Source of the DNA: Methanobacteriota archaeon
GTDB taxonomy: Archaea; Hydrothermarchaeota; Hydrothermarchaeia; Hydrothermarchaeales; BMS3B
Direction: 5' to 3'
Assembly (NCBI GenBank): GCA_013152685.1
Contig: JAADFX010000121.1
Span: forward strand, 1 to 42,314
DNA length: 42,314 bases
Positions 6,301 through 13,030 of the stretch are shown in pieces (position 1 is the first letter of the stretch; each line of letters starts with the position of its first letter). Both the position numbers and the translations under genes were made by a program. The notes below the pieces were generated by a model that was not told where the DNA came from, made no database searches, and saw only the letters and a program-made list of their open reading frames with translations.

Positions 6301-8408
6301 GCACAGACTGCCACGGCACCGGGAGAATGCACGACTCCACCCTGAGAAAGCCGGTGCTTACCTCCACGAACAACACCCTGTGCATGAGCTGCCACACGGC
6401 GAAGCAGCTCCACAACAGCGCTGGCAACAGGGCGAGGAACGAGACGGTTTACTGCGTCACCTGCCATACGGGGGATGTGAACACCGTCAGGGTGAGGGAC
6501 ATCCACGGAATCAAGTACCTCAACACCTCGGGGAGCTTTGAGGTGTGGGGCACCTCCTCTCCGGCGCTGTGCGTAACCTGCCACCGTAGCAATCCAGGAG
6601 GGAAGTTTGCCAACGCCTCCAGGGTTCCGCCCCTGAGGCACAGCGACGACCCCATCGCTGGCGGGAAGTGGAACAGGAGCTCCGCCACCTACTGGACCCC
6701 CGGGGATGAGCAGAGCGCCTGCAGCTTCTGCCACGGGGACAGCAGGCACAGCGCAAATGCGCTGGGCAACGCCTCTGCCGTGGAGGCGGGGCAGGTGAGG
6801 AACGCCACCGACCTCAGCACCACCTCCTGGTGTGCCGGCTGCCACTTCTCCCAGGCGGCGAACTACAACGGCACCGCCTACTCGCCCAAGGTGGTGAACC
6901 TCTCTGCCTGGGGCCTGAGCAATGCCACCGATGGCACAGCCTACAGGGACCACGTGGCGAGAGGATACATCTCCTCCAGCAGCTACAGCGATGCGGTTTG
7001 CCGCAAGTGCCACGGTGCCCTTGTCGGCTCCACGACCACCTCGGCGGAGTTTGTGCACAGCGTTGCTGAGGGCGTTGCCGGGGGCAACAACTGCATCTCC
7101 TGCCACGACATAGGCGAGCTCGCCTGGGATGTGGACTTCAACGCCACCGAGGACGCAGACGCAGCCCACAGGAATCTGAACAGCAACGCCGTTACCAGCC
7201 TGCCAGCGCAGAACAAGAAGTGCTGGGCGTGCCACGGCGACGGGAGTGAGCCGCCGCCGGGAGACCACCCCTCCGGCTACAACACCCCCAAGCTGTGTGG
7301 CGACTGCCACTTCAGCGGCGCCTTCGGAGCCCCTCTGGTTAAGGAGCACCACAGGAGCGGCGAGGATGTGAAGGTCACGGGTGCCGACTGCTGGAACTGC
7401 CACAGCCTCAAGGAGAACCAGGTTAGCAACCTGGACACCGAGAAGCCCTACCACTACACCAGTGTGGACGACAACAAGAGCTACGCCTCCCACTACGTGA
7501 AGGTCAGGAAGGACCTTAAAGCCAGGCAGGACGAGAGCTACTGCGGCTACTGCCACCAGCAGCAGAAGGGCGGCACCACCAGCAGCGCCTACAACCGGTT
7601 CTTCAGCAACACCAACAGAACCACAATGCCGGACCACAGCTCAAGGATGCGGCGCTACTACGTGCCCTGCTTCAAGTGCCACAACAGCATCAACAACCTC
7701 CACGCCCAGAGCCTGACGGTGCCGAACTTCACAAGCTTTGACTCGGAGTGCAGAACCTGCCACATCCCCGTAACCCGGGGCAACACCCATGTGAGCGGCA
7801 TGGGGTGCAGGCTGTGCCACGTGGGCACCACCAACAGGGTGCACAATGTGAGCTACCTGACGGAGAGCGGAACCTACGTGCCAGCGAAGCAGGCGAAGAG
7901 GGAGTACAGCTACGCCAAGTGCTACAACTGCCACGTTAACAGCTCCCTGGATGCGCTGATGGGCAGCTACGGCTACAGCAGCGTGGTCAAGGTGCCCTGG
8001 GCGGGCCACGGCGACGGCACGGCGGGAGGAACAACCTACTGGAGCGACAACTACACCGCCTGCGTCTTCTGCCACGCCTCGGAGCACAATGAGAACCTCC
8101 CCATAGGGTATGCGGTGCGCCTCGCCGGCATAAGGAGCGGCGACTACCCCGCCAGGATCAACGCAACCATAGCCTCGGGTAGCACCACCTGGTGCGGTTC
8201 CTGCCACATAGCGAGCGACACCGACTATAGCCTGGTGGTTAACTACTACTTTGCCAGAATCTACGGCAAGAAGCCGCCGGCTATAACGCCAGGCACAGGG
8301 AACCACTCCACGCTTGCAGCTCCCTACACCGACGACAAGTGCGCCACCTGCCACTACAGCGGTAGCGCCAGCGATGGAATGGACGCCTTCATGCACAAAA
8401 TCAGATAA
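3348..8408 (+). CDS. Giant secreted multihaem c-type cytochrome (~1,686 aa, about 40 CxxCH motifs) with an N-terminal Ig-like domain
   Basis: 40 CxxCH motifs by manual count (CANCH, CVVCH, CQDCH ... CGSCH, CATCH). Start moved from the track's TTG 3201 to ATG 3348, which gives the signal peptide MGRATPAGLLIILLIALALFSGVAAQE. An Ig-like beta segment (VTVTFTIRNPAGAAVATLSAVTNSAGVAVVSY) precedes the first haem motif. No C-terminal TM segment. Confidence 0.9.
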   Translation: MGRATPAGLLIILLIALALFSGVAAQEAVLQLNVSRYVVLDEPRTNSNAGAGFSVPSRDWGTDDWRGEATTIRAYAIITNASGGVPGVTVTFTIRNPAGAAVATLSAVTNSAGVAVVSYNLNNVYYYGGWSIEASATVGGSSLSASQSFIYNWWGCANCHGWENLGEIGTFSQKSPYTMGYDFHRNPNAGEHSTAMKNGQCVVCHQSYDNAWHSGSNPPAPEYPGGIHDNKQRCQDCHTNADTGNKRAEIAGCYDTAGCHPQQNPKLTQVPTTTGYSVGGNYRSIYSLDTTTGEPRKAHTPAETVPCLNCHNPAHMLSKPVVNGTTNTYTEDAQCATCHVGRGRHSTYNPVYCTACHSQDAHRVGILNGSASTQPSYVQLGSPGAVTKNSCPDCHSAGAVAGFFNNLSSYDSAAYNRSYQPQVDRFGYSIAPHNQSVPCLLCHDNTDFHSITFLNSTAGYTTDRSRAVGCEDCHVPGVNDTVKSFVQGRGYSPPQVDERHNNAVPCDVCHSPSPHGGARFLEKNLSSYTTNRSVSAFCQDCHVGGGASGRSFVTRSGNYTLNPPQVEARHNNAVPCEVCHSTNPHGGAWFLTPGLSGYTANRSGAVTCKDCHTNASAGGSVFSTRSGSYTLNPPFIGSYALQHGNETWEGQNWGSYWNKSDDNSACLYCHDSGSSTEALHASSARGNVSSVADGALDMTGNWCANCHVSGGFNPQYNGTAYSPSPPLADVQSAAGNSAGRSWFNHTYLVSSNYTDSLCYTCHARSDETPGNNLTLFVHNVEESNGGADCVRCHAVGAPAPKHVDVGAFKRSVHAGLNSNATNTTRLTDAVAKACWACHGDGSEPKEHPSNYKAPKLCVDCHLSGAFGAPVVEEHYLNGTEIVASTGASSALGSCLNCHQNQGIPELRVSGVNDPDYGSFDADGDGTSGGNLSAYHYASISSSLISGGSANCAYCHQQNSSFDAVMQDVSHNAMLNHTDNSPAPTCTDCHGTGRMHDSTLRKPVLTSTNNTLCMSCHTAKQLHNSAGNRARNETVYCVTCHTGDVNTVRVRDIHGIKYLNTSGSFEVWGTSSPALCVTCHRSNPGGKFANASRVPPLRHSDDPIAGGKWNRSSATYWTPGDEQSACSFCHGDSRHSANALGNASAVEAGQVRNATDLSTTSWCAGCHFSQAANYNGTAYSPKVVNLSAWGLSNATDGTAYRDHVARGYISSSSYSDAVCRKCHGALVGSTTTSAEFVHSVAEGVAGGNNCISCHDIGELAWDVDFNATEDADAAHRNLNSNAVTSLPAQNKKCWACHGDGSEPPPGDHPSGYNTPKLCGDCHFSGAFGAPLVKEHHRSGEDVKVTGADCWNCHSLKENQVSNLDTEKPYHYTSVDDNKSYASHYVKVRKDLKARQDESYCGYCHQQQKGGTTSSAYNRFFSNTNRTTMPDHSSRMRRYYVPCFKCHNSINNLHAQSLTVPNFTSFDSECRTCHIPVTRGNTHVSGMGCRLCHVGTTNRVHNVSYLTESGTYVPAKQAKREYSYAKCYNCHVNSSLDALMGSYGYSSVVKVPWAGHGDGTAGGTTYWSDNYTACVFCHASEHNENLPIGYAVRLAGIRSGDYPARINATIASGSTTWCGSCHIASDTDYSLVVNYYFARIYGKKPPAITPGTGNHSTLAAPYTDDKCATCHYSGSASDGMDAFMHKIR
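4605..5243 (+). repeat. Three tandem copies of a ~70-aa di-haem unit inside the giant cytochrome
   Basis: Units start at 4605 (diverged, 73 aa), 4824 and 5034; the last two are exactly 210 nt apart. They read PPQVDERHNNAVPCDVCHSPSPHGGARFL...FCQDCH...SGNYTLN versus PPQVEARHNNAVPCEVCHSTNPHGGAWFL...TCKDCH...SGSYTLN. They share the nucleotide run aggcacaacaatgccgtgccctg. Confidence 0.75.
5343..8405 (+). repeat. About 2.25 copies of a ~450-aa super-repeat carrying 12 CxxCH motifs each (units 5343-6719, 6720-8060, partial 8061-8405)
   Basis: Unit starts: SACLYCH / SACSFCH / TACVFCH. Matching landmarks appear in order: NWCANCH/SWCAGCH/TWCGSCH; YNGTAYSP in units 1 and 2; KACWACHGDGSEPKEHPSNYKAPKLCVDCHLSGAFGAPVVEEH versus KKCWACHGDGSEPPPGDHPSGYNTPKLCGDCHFSGAFGAPLVKEH; CLNCHQNQ...AYHYAS...CAYCHQQN versus CWNCHSLKENQ...PYHYTS...CGYCHQQQ. 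Confidence 0.65.
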
Positions 8409-8435
8409 ATTAAAAAAATTTAAGAAATGTTCAAG

Positions 8436-8448
8436 AATATTTTAAATT
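8436..8448 (+). promoter_or_regulatory. TATA-like element (aatattttaaatt) upstream of the first tetrahaem gene
   Basis: AT-rich spacer 8409-8484; the element is centred ~43 nt upstream of ATG 8485. Confidence 0.35.
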
Positions 8449-8484
8449 GATAGGCTGGAGTGAGATAAATAGGGAGAAAGCGAA

Positions 8485-9108
8485 ATGAGATTGACACTCT
8501 TCGCCCTGGGGCTGGTGGCACTGACCTTTCTGGTAATGCCTCAGGCAGTGGCGAAGTTCACAGGGCAGCATCAGTTCGTCAACGGCAGCAGTGTGAACTG
8601 CGGGAAGTGCCATCCCGACATAGTGTCGGAGTACAACAGCGATCCGAACCAGCCCCACAGGTCGATCAACCTGGCCTGCATAGACTGCCACATAGGCACC
8701 ACGGACCCCCTGCTGGGAAGGGTGAAGTGGAGTGAGGTGTACACCCTCACGGGAGAGGAATACTACAAGGGTATAGAGTTCCACGGGGCTGCGCTGGTGG
8801 AGTGCCTGTGGTGCCATGTAAACAATACTTATATAACCGCGGGGGCGGATGTTAATGCAGAATTTAACAACTCTCAGGTGGAGGCTCACCGCCCCCTGTT
8901 CTGGCGGGCAAAGAACGCCTCCGGCTACGATTCCCCGGACCTCCTCAGGGGGGCCAATGAGGCCTGCATAGCCTGTCACACCCACGCTGCGAATGTGACG
9001 ATAATAGAGCCGGTTCAGTACCTGAACATCACCGCCAACTACACGGAGTGCACCGCCGGGGCAAACTGCTACAGCGGATGGGACATATCCCTGGAGGTAA
9101 ACAGGTGA
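8485..9108 (+). CDS. Tetrahaem c-type cytochrome, secreted (paralog 1)
   Basis: Signal peptide MRLTLFALGLVALTFLVMPQAVA/KF. Four CxxCH motifs (CGKCH, CIDCH, CLWCH, CIACH). Several N-x-S/T sequons. Confidence 0.9.
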   Translation: MRLTLFALGLVALTFLVMPQAVAKFTGQHQFVNGSSVNCGKCHPDIVSEYNSDPNQPHRSINLACIDCHIGTTDPLLGRVKWSEVYTLTGEEYYKGIEFHGAALVECLWCHVNNTYITAGADVNAEFNNSQVEAHRPLFWRAKNASGYDSPDLLRGANEACIACHTHAANVTIIEPVQYLNITANYTECTAGANCYSGWDISLEVNR

Positions 9109-9123
9109 GGTTATGGTAATAGA

Positions 9124-9167
9124 AAAATATTTAAATAATGTGGAAAAAATTATAAAATAGGAGGTGA
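9124..9167 (+). promoter_or_regulatory. TATA-like elements plus strong Shine-Dalgarno (GGAGGTGA 9160-9167) of the second tetrahaem gene
   Basis: aaatatttaaataa and aattataaaatagg are followed by ggaggtga 6 nt before ATG 9174. Confidence 0.45.
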
Positions 9168-9173
9168 AAACAC

Positions 9174-9851
9174 ATGAGGAAACTCTTGCTGGTGCTCGGC
9201 CTGGTTGCAGTGGTCTTCCTAGTGATGCCCAGTGCCATGGCGAAGTTCACAGGGCAGCACAAGTTCGTCAACGGCAGCAGCGTGGACTGCGAGCGGTGCC
9301 ACACCACAATAAGCACGGAGCTCCACGCCGGAAATGCCCACAACTGGAGCCAGTCCACCATCGGAACCTCCCCGTGCAGAGTGTGCCACATCCCCAACAA
9401 TGCCAGGGCCAGCGACCCGTACTACAACCCCTATAGAAGCGGCACCGGTACCTACCACGCAGCGGCGATGGTTGAGTGTCTTTACTGCCACGGCATCAGG
9501 AACGGCACAACCACCGACAACGGCGGTCTCACGATACCTGCGGCAAATGTGACGGCGGAGTTTGAGAACAGCAACATTGAGGCACATAGACCGCTGTACT
9601 ACAGGGCAAAGAACGCTTCCGGTCTGGATACCTCCGACCACCTGCAGGGAGCAAACGAGGCTTGCATAGCCTGCCACACCTACGCTGCGAATGTGACGAT
9701 AATAGAGCCCACCCAGTACCTGAACATCACAGCGACGGCGACCAACTGCACTGGCTGGTATCCGGGATTCACTGGCACAGCCGACCCCAACTGCTACAAC
9801 GACGGCTACAGCTTCAACTGGAGCATAACAATTGAAATCAACAGGCCGTAA
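9174..9851 (+). CDS. Tetrahaem c-type cytochrome, secreted (paralog 2)
   Basis: Signal peptide MRKLLLVLGLVAVVFLVMPSAMA/KF. Four CxxCH motifs (CERCH, CRVCH, CLYCH, CIACH). Collinear with 8485..9108 (AKFTGQH.FVNGSSV.C..CH ... GANEACIACHT.AANVTIIEP.QYLNITA). Confidence 0.9.
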   Translation: MRKLLLVLGLVAVVFLVMPSAMAKFTGQHKFVNGSSVDCERCHTTISTELHAGNAHNWSQSTIGTSPCRVCHIPNNARASDPYYNPYRSGTGTYHAAAMVECLYCHGIRNGTTTDNGGLTIPAANVTAEFENSNIEAHRPLYYRAKNASGLDTSDHLQGANEACIACHTYAANVTIIEPTQYLNITATATNCTGWYPGFTGTADPNCYNDGYSFNWSITIEINRP

Positions 9852-9871
9852 AGCTTGAATCCTTACACTTC

Positions 9872-9893
9872 CCTTTTTATTTTTATTTTTTTA
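9872..9893 (+). terminator. Oligo-T tracts (ccctttttatttttattttttt), archaeal-type intrinsic termination signal
   Basis: Three consecutive T-runs start 21 nt after stop 9851. Archaeal RNAP is known to terminate at oligo-T. Confidence 0.45.
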
Positions 9894-9933
9894 ATATTGA
9901 ATTCAAAAATTTTATATTTGAGAATTTTGCAAG

Positions 9934-9956
9934 TTATATTTAAAAATTTTTAAATG
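9934..9956 (+). promoter_or_regulatory. TATA-like element (ttatatttaaaaattttt) for the signal peptidase gene
   Basis: Lies 20-45 nt upstream of ATG 9977. The short or absent leader is the pattern seen at other genes here. Confidence 0.35.
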
Positions 9957-9976
9957 TTATTCTGCTCTCCTCGGGT

Positions 9977-10717
9977 ATGGACTTCATGCAGAAGATGCTG
10001 GTATTCTACTTCCTGGTTATTCTGGTTATAGTTTACTTTATCAGCGGTGTGAGGATTCCCCTTACAAGGCTTCTTCTGCGCTTTGGTCCCATGAGGGAGA
10101 GGCTGGAGAGAAGCATCAGGGAGAGGAAGGTTGCCACGCGCATGCGCCAGATGGTCTTTCCCTACAGACCAAAGACCCTCTCCGAAATCCTGCTGATCTC
10201 AATTCTGTACCTCTTCCTGGGGTATCTGATTCTCTCGAAGTTCTTCTTCTTTGCGGTGGTTGTCAGCGACAGCATGCGTCCTACCTTTGAGAAGGGCGAT
10301 CTGGTGCTAATTCAGACCCTCTCCAGGGAACCTGAGGTGGGTGACATCATCCTGTTCTCCGGATTTATAGAGCTTGACCAAGAGAGGAGGGAGTTTGTGA
10401 TTCACAGGGTGTACGCGATAACTGGGGACGGCATGGTGAAGACGCGGGGGGATGCCATGACCGCCCCCGACCCCTGGGAGGTTCCGCCCGAGAAGATTGT
10501 GGGCAAGGCGGTCACCCTCTTCGGGCATCCGGTGGTTATAAAGAAGGTCGGCGAGAGCCTCATACTGGAGCCCGGGAAGGCGATAACCAACCCCCTGGTT
10601 ATCCAGTACATAATCGGCACGGCGCGGAAGATGGGGATGGTGATATTCCTGCTGGTGATTCTGATGTATGTGCTCCTGGAGTTCAGGGAGTACAGGGTGA
10701 GGAAGGCCCTGAGGTAG
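9977..10717 (+). CDS. Signal peptidase I, archaeal/Sec11 type (S26B)
   Basis: VVVSDSMRPTFEKGDLVLI (SxSMxPT serine box), HRVYAI (His general base as in Sec11/archaeal enzymes), TRGDAMTAPDPW (GDxxxxxD box). TM segments at the N- and C-termini. Confidence 0.8.
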   Translation: MDFMQKMLVFYFLVILVIVYFISGVRIPLTRLLLRFGPMRERLERSIRERKVATRMRQMVFPYRPKTLSEILLISILYLFLGYLILSKFFFFAVVVSDSMRPTFEKGDLVLIQTLSREPEVGDIILFSGFIELDQERREFVIHRVYAITGDGMVKTRGDAMTAPDPWEVPPEKIVGKAVTLFGHPVVIKKVGESLILEPGKAITNPLVIQYIIGTARKMGMVIFLLVILMYVLLEFREYRVRKALR

Positions 10718-10778
10718 GATTTTTATCAATAATAGTTGACCGGCAATAAAATGTTATTTAAAGACAATAAAAAAAATA

Positions 10779-10786
10779 TTTATATA
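10779..10786 (+). promoter_or_regulatory. TATA box (tttatata)
   Basis: Sits ~30 nt upstream of ATG 10816, implying a nearly leaderless transcript. Confidence 0.4.
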
Positions 10787-10815
10787 CGTTAGTCCGTAAA
10801 CTATTGGTGATAAGA

Positions 10816-11943
10816 ATGAACGCATACAATGTTGAGCTGAGTGAGAGGCTCGCTCTGTACTCCTCCTATCTCGTACCAGTTGGAATAATCTTCCTCTCAC
10901 TTGTATCAATTTTCAACGACACCTTTATAAACCCCGACATGCGCGCCCTGGTGCTCGATCTCATCTTCCTCCTGCTGGGTGCCCTGCTTCTCAGCGGTGC
11001 CCACCGGGTTAACGCCAAGTTCAGGCGCAACATCGTGGCGGACAGGGAGTTCAGGTACCTCCTCCTGGAGAAGTTTGAGCCCTTTCTGAAGGAGCTCAGC
11101 AGGTACCAGGTCGCCATTGATGAGCTCTCCGAGAAGGTCGATGCCCTCAGCAGGAGGGTGTCCTACATCTCGAAGGAGAAGGCGGCGCCCCCCGCCTACG
11201 CACCGCCGGTAGCCCTCGCTCCCAACATGACCTTCCTCATCAGGTCTCTAAACATGTCAATAATCACCCTGGGCGCAATAATATTCCTCTACATAAAGCT
11301 GTCCCCCAACAGCATCTACGTAATCCTCATCCTGGTGTTCCTCTGGTGGTATCTGATTACCGATGAGTACGACCTTTTCAGCGACATATCTGCGTATATC
11401 TTCATAATTTTCCCGATACTCGTTATTCCGATAACGAGTTTGATACTTCTCGCCTACTTTGACCTGCAGACGCTGCACCTCTTCCTGTTTATCGCCCTCA
11501 TCCTGTATGTGGTGGGCTACTACACAATTGCCACCTACTACGCCACCGGCAGGATACCCTTCATAGAGAAGCCCCTGGAGACCTATAGAGATGGGGGCAG
11601 CGGGGAGAAGCTGAGGAATGGTGGCACCCGCTCACCCCGCGATGCGGAGGTTGAGGCGGTAAAGGAGGTCCTGGACAGAATCCTGGGCAGCAGGAAGCCG
11701 CCCTACCACCGCAATGGTGGCACCCATGCCGGAGGAGAATATCAGCGCAACGGTGGCAGGTTTGTCGGCGATGGCGAGAGCATAACCATAACGCTGGACA
11801 GGGACACCCTTGCGGAGGTCATCGCCCTCTACCTGGCGATGCAGGGCGTGCGCAGGAGGCCGAGGCTTTTCGATTCCTCGAGGCCACCTTTTTCCCGGAG
11901 CTTCCTGTATGCGCTGTATGAAAAACTCAAAAAATTCAGATAG
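10816..11943 (+). CDS. Polytopic membrane protein (about 6 TM) with internal coiled coil and soluble C-terminal domain; hypothetical
   Basis: Two N-terminal TM helices, the coiled coil LKELSRYQVAIDELSEKVDALSRRVSYISKEK, about four further TM helices, and a C-terminal domain with a reiterated RNGG motif (RNGGT, RNGGT, RNGGR). Start taken at ATG 10816 rather than the track's TTG 10804. Confidence 0.7.
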   Translation: MNAYNVELSERLALYSSYLVPVGIIFLSLVSIFNDTFINPDMRALVLDLIFLLLGALLLSGAHRVNAKFRRNIVADREFRYLLLEKFEPFLKELSRYQVAIDELSEKVDALSRRVSYISKEKAAPPAYAPPVALAPNMTFLIRSLNMSIITLGAIIFLYIKLSPNSIYVILILVFLWWYLITDEYDLFSDISAYIFIIFPILVIPITSLILLAYFDLQTLHLFLFIALILYVVGYYTIATYYATGRIPFIEKPLETYRDGGSGEKLRNGGTRSPRDAEVEAVKEVLDRILGSRKPPYHRNGGTHAGGEYQRNGGRFVGDGESITITLDRDTLAEVIALYLAMQGVRRRPRLFDSSRPPFSRSFLYALYEKLKKFR

Positions 11944-11951
11944 GCGATTGC

Positions 11952-12632
11952 ATGAGGGTAGTTGTGGCACTCGCACTGCTAGTGTTTACTATGGTAATAT
12001 CCTCCCAGGTGTACTCCCAGGAGGAGTACACAAAGATAGAGGGCCTTGACCCGCTGGTCAGGAACTTCGGCGGCATGGGCCACAGCGGGAGCAAGTGCAT
12101 ATACTGCCACGCCTTCCTGATGCCCGACAGGGAGTACGAGGAGAAGTTCCTGCAGGCGGGCTGCAGGTGCCATCAGAGTGATGTGGCCAATGGCTATGAT
12201 GTGCGGATGAACGACATCCGCGAGAAGCACTCCTCCAACCACTGCAAGCTCTGCCATGCGGGCACCAAGAATGTGACCTACCAGCTCTACCATCAGAAGG
12301 TGCACAGGGCGGTGCCCTGCGTAAAGTGCCACAAAATTCAAAATGTGACCGACTTCAGCGTAACCAAGCCCAAGAGCATGGAGTGCAAGACCTGCCACAG
12401 GTACGACATCCACTACACCCACTCCAATGTCCTGGGAAATGTGTGCAAGATGTGCCACGGCACCGGCTTCGCATCCCGGTATACGAAGGAGGACCTGGAG
12501 AGGCTCAACCTGGAGGAAGAGGTGATCAACAGGACGATTAGAGAGAAGCAGCCGCCTAAAAAGGAGGTGAAAGAGGTTGGATTCATTACCATCTCGAAGA
12601 TCCTTGCTTTTATCATTGATATTATTTTCTAG
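11952..12632 (+). CDS. Pentahaem c-type cytochrome with signal peptide and C-terminal TM anchor
   Basis: MRVVVALALLVFTMVISSQVYS signal peptide. Five CxxCH motifs: CIYCH, CKLCH, CVKCH, CKTCH, CKMCH. C-terminal hydrophobic GFITISKILAFIIDIIF. Confidence 0.85.
   Translation: MRVVVALALLVFTMVISSQVYSQEEYTKIEGLDPLVRNFGGMGHSGSKCIYCHAFLMPDREYEEKFLQAGCRCHQSDVANGYDVRMNDIREKHSSNHCKLCHAGTKNVTYQLYHQKVHRAVPCVKCHKIQNVTDFSVTKPKSMECKTCHRYDIHYTHSNVLGNVCKMCHGTGFASRYTKEDLERLNLEEEVINRTIREKQPPKKEVKEVGFITISKILAFIIDIIF
12561..12570 (+). promoter_or_regulatory. Shine-Dalgarno (AAGGAGGTGA) inside the 3' end of the pentahaem gene, serving the overlapping lipoprotein gene
   Basis: Perfect GGAGGTGA 6 nt upstream of TTG 12577. 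Confidence 0.55.
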
Positions 12633-13026
12633 CATCATCGCCGCAGGATGCCTGAAGCTGCAGCCAAAGAAGATAAACGGCATTGAGTTCTCAGTCCAGG
12701 TTGAAAACAACCGGATAGTTCCGGATTCTGTGGAGGTCAGGCTGACTCCTGTGGACCTCACGGAGTACAGGGTGCCGGGCGTTGACTACCCACCCTTCCT
12801 GGCCTTCAGGGGGTACATTGTGCCAAAGGAGAACAGGAGCATAACCCACTCCACCTACTGGGGCCTGGTGCAGTACAGGGGCTCCGGGAGGTACAGGGTG
12901 GTGCTCATAACAGAGAACGGCTACAGCCCCAAGAAGGGGGACGAGGTGAGGTACTACATAACCCTGAGGAGCAGGGATGTGAGGTGGTCCTCCTCCTTCG
13001 TTAGCGGTTCGCGGGTGCTGGAGTGA
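12577..13026 (+). CDS. Small lipoprotein (lipobox IAAGC), beta-rich; hypothetical
   Basis: TTG start with a strong SD. (M)DSLPSRRSLLLSLILFSSIIAAGC is followed by a beta-strand-like sequence. Overlaps the pentahaem gene by 56 nt. Confidence 0.6.
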   Translation: MDSLPSRRSLLLSLILFSSIIAAGCLKLQPKKINGIEFSVQVENNRIVPDSVEVRLTPVDLTEYRVPGVDYPPFLAFRGYIVPKENRSITHSTYWGLVQYRGSGRYRVVLITENGYSPKKGDEVRYYITLRSRDVRWSSSFVSGSRVLE

Positions 13027-13030
13027 TTCC

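Noticed and set aside
6165-7637. 490-aa minus-strand ORF, plus many other 60-300-aa ORFs, inside the giant cytochrome gene (for example 3408..4292, 4878..5468, 5511..6152, 7641..8396)
   Set aside because: All are antisense or out-of-frame to a frame carrying ~40 CxxCH motifs. They have V/A/G/R-rich composition, no motifs and no upstream signals.
12160-12175. CRCH in the pentahaem protein as an extra haem site
   Set aside because: A single residue between the cysteines does not match any haem-attachment motif I know. It is counted as not a haem site.
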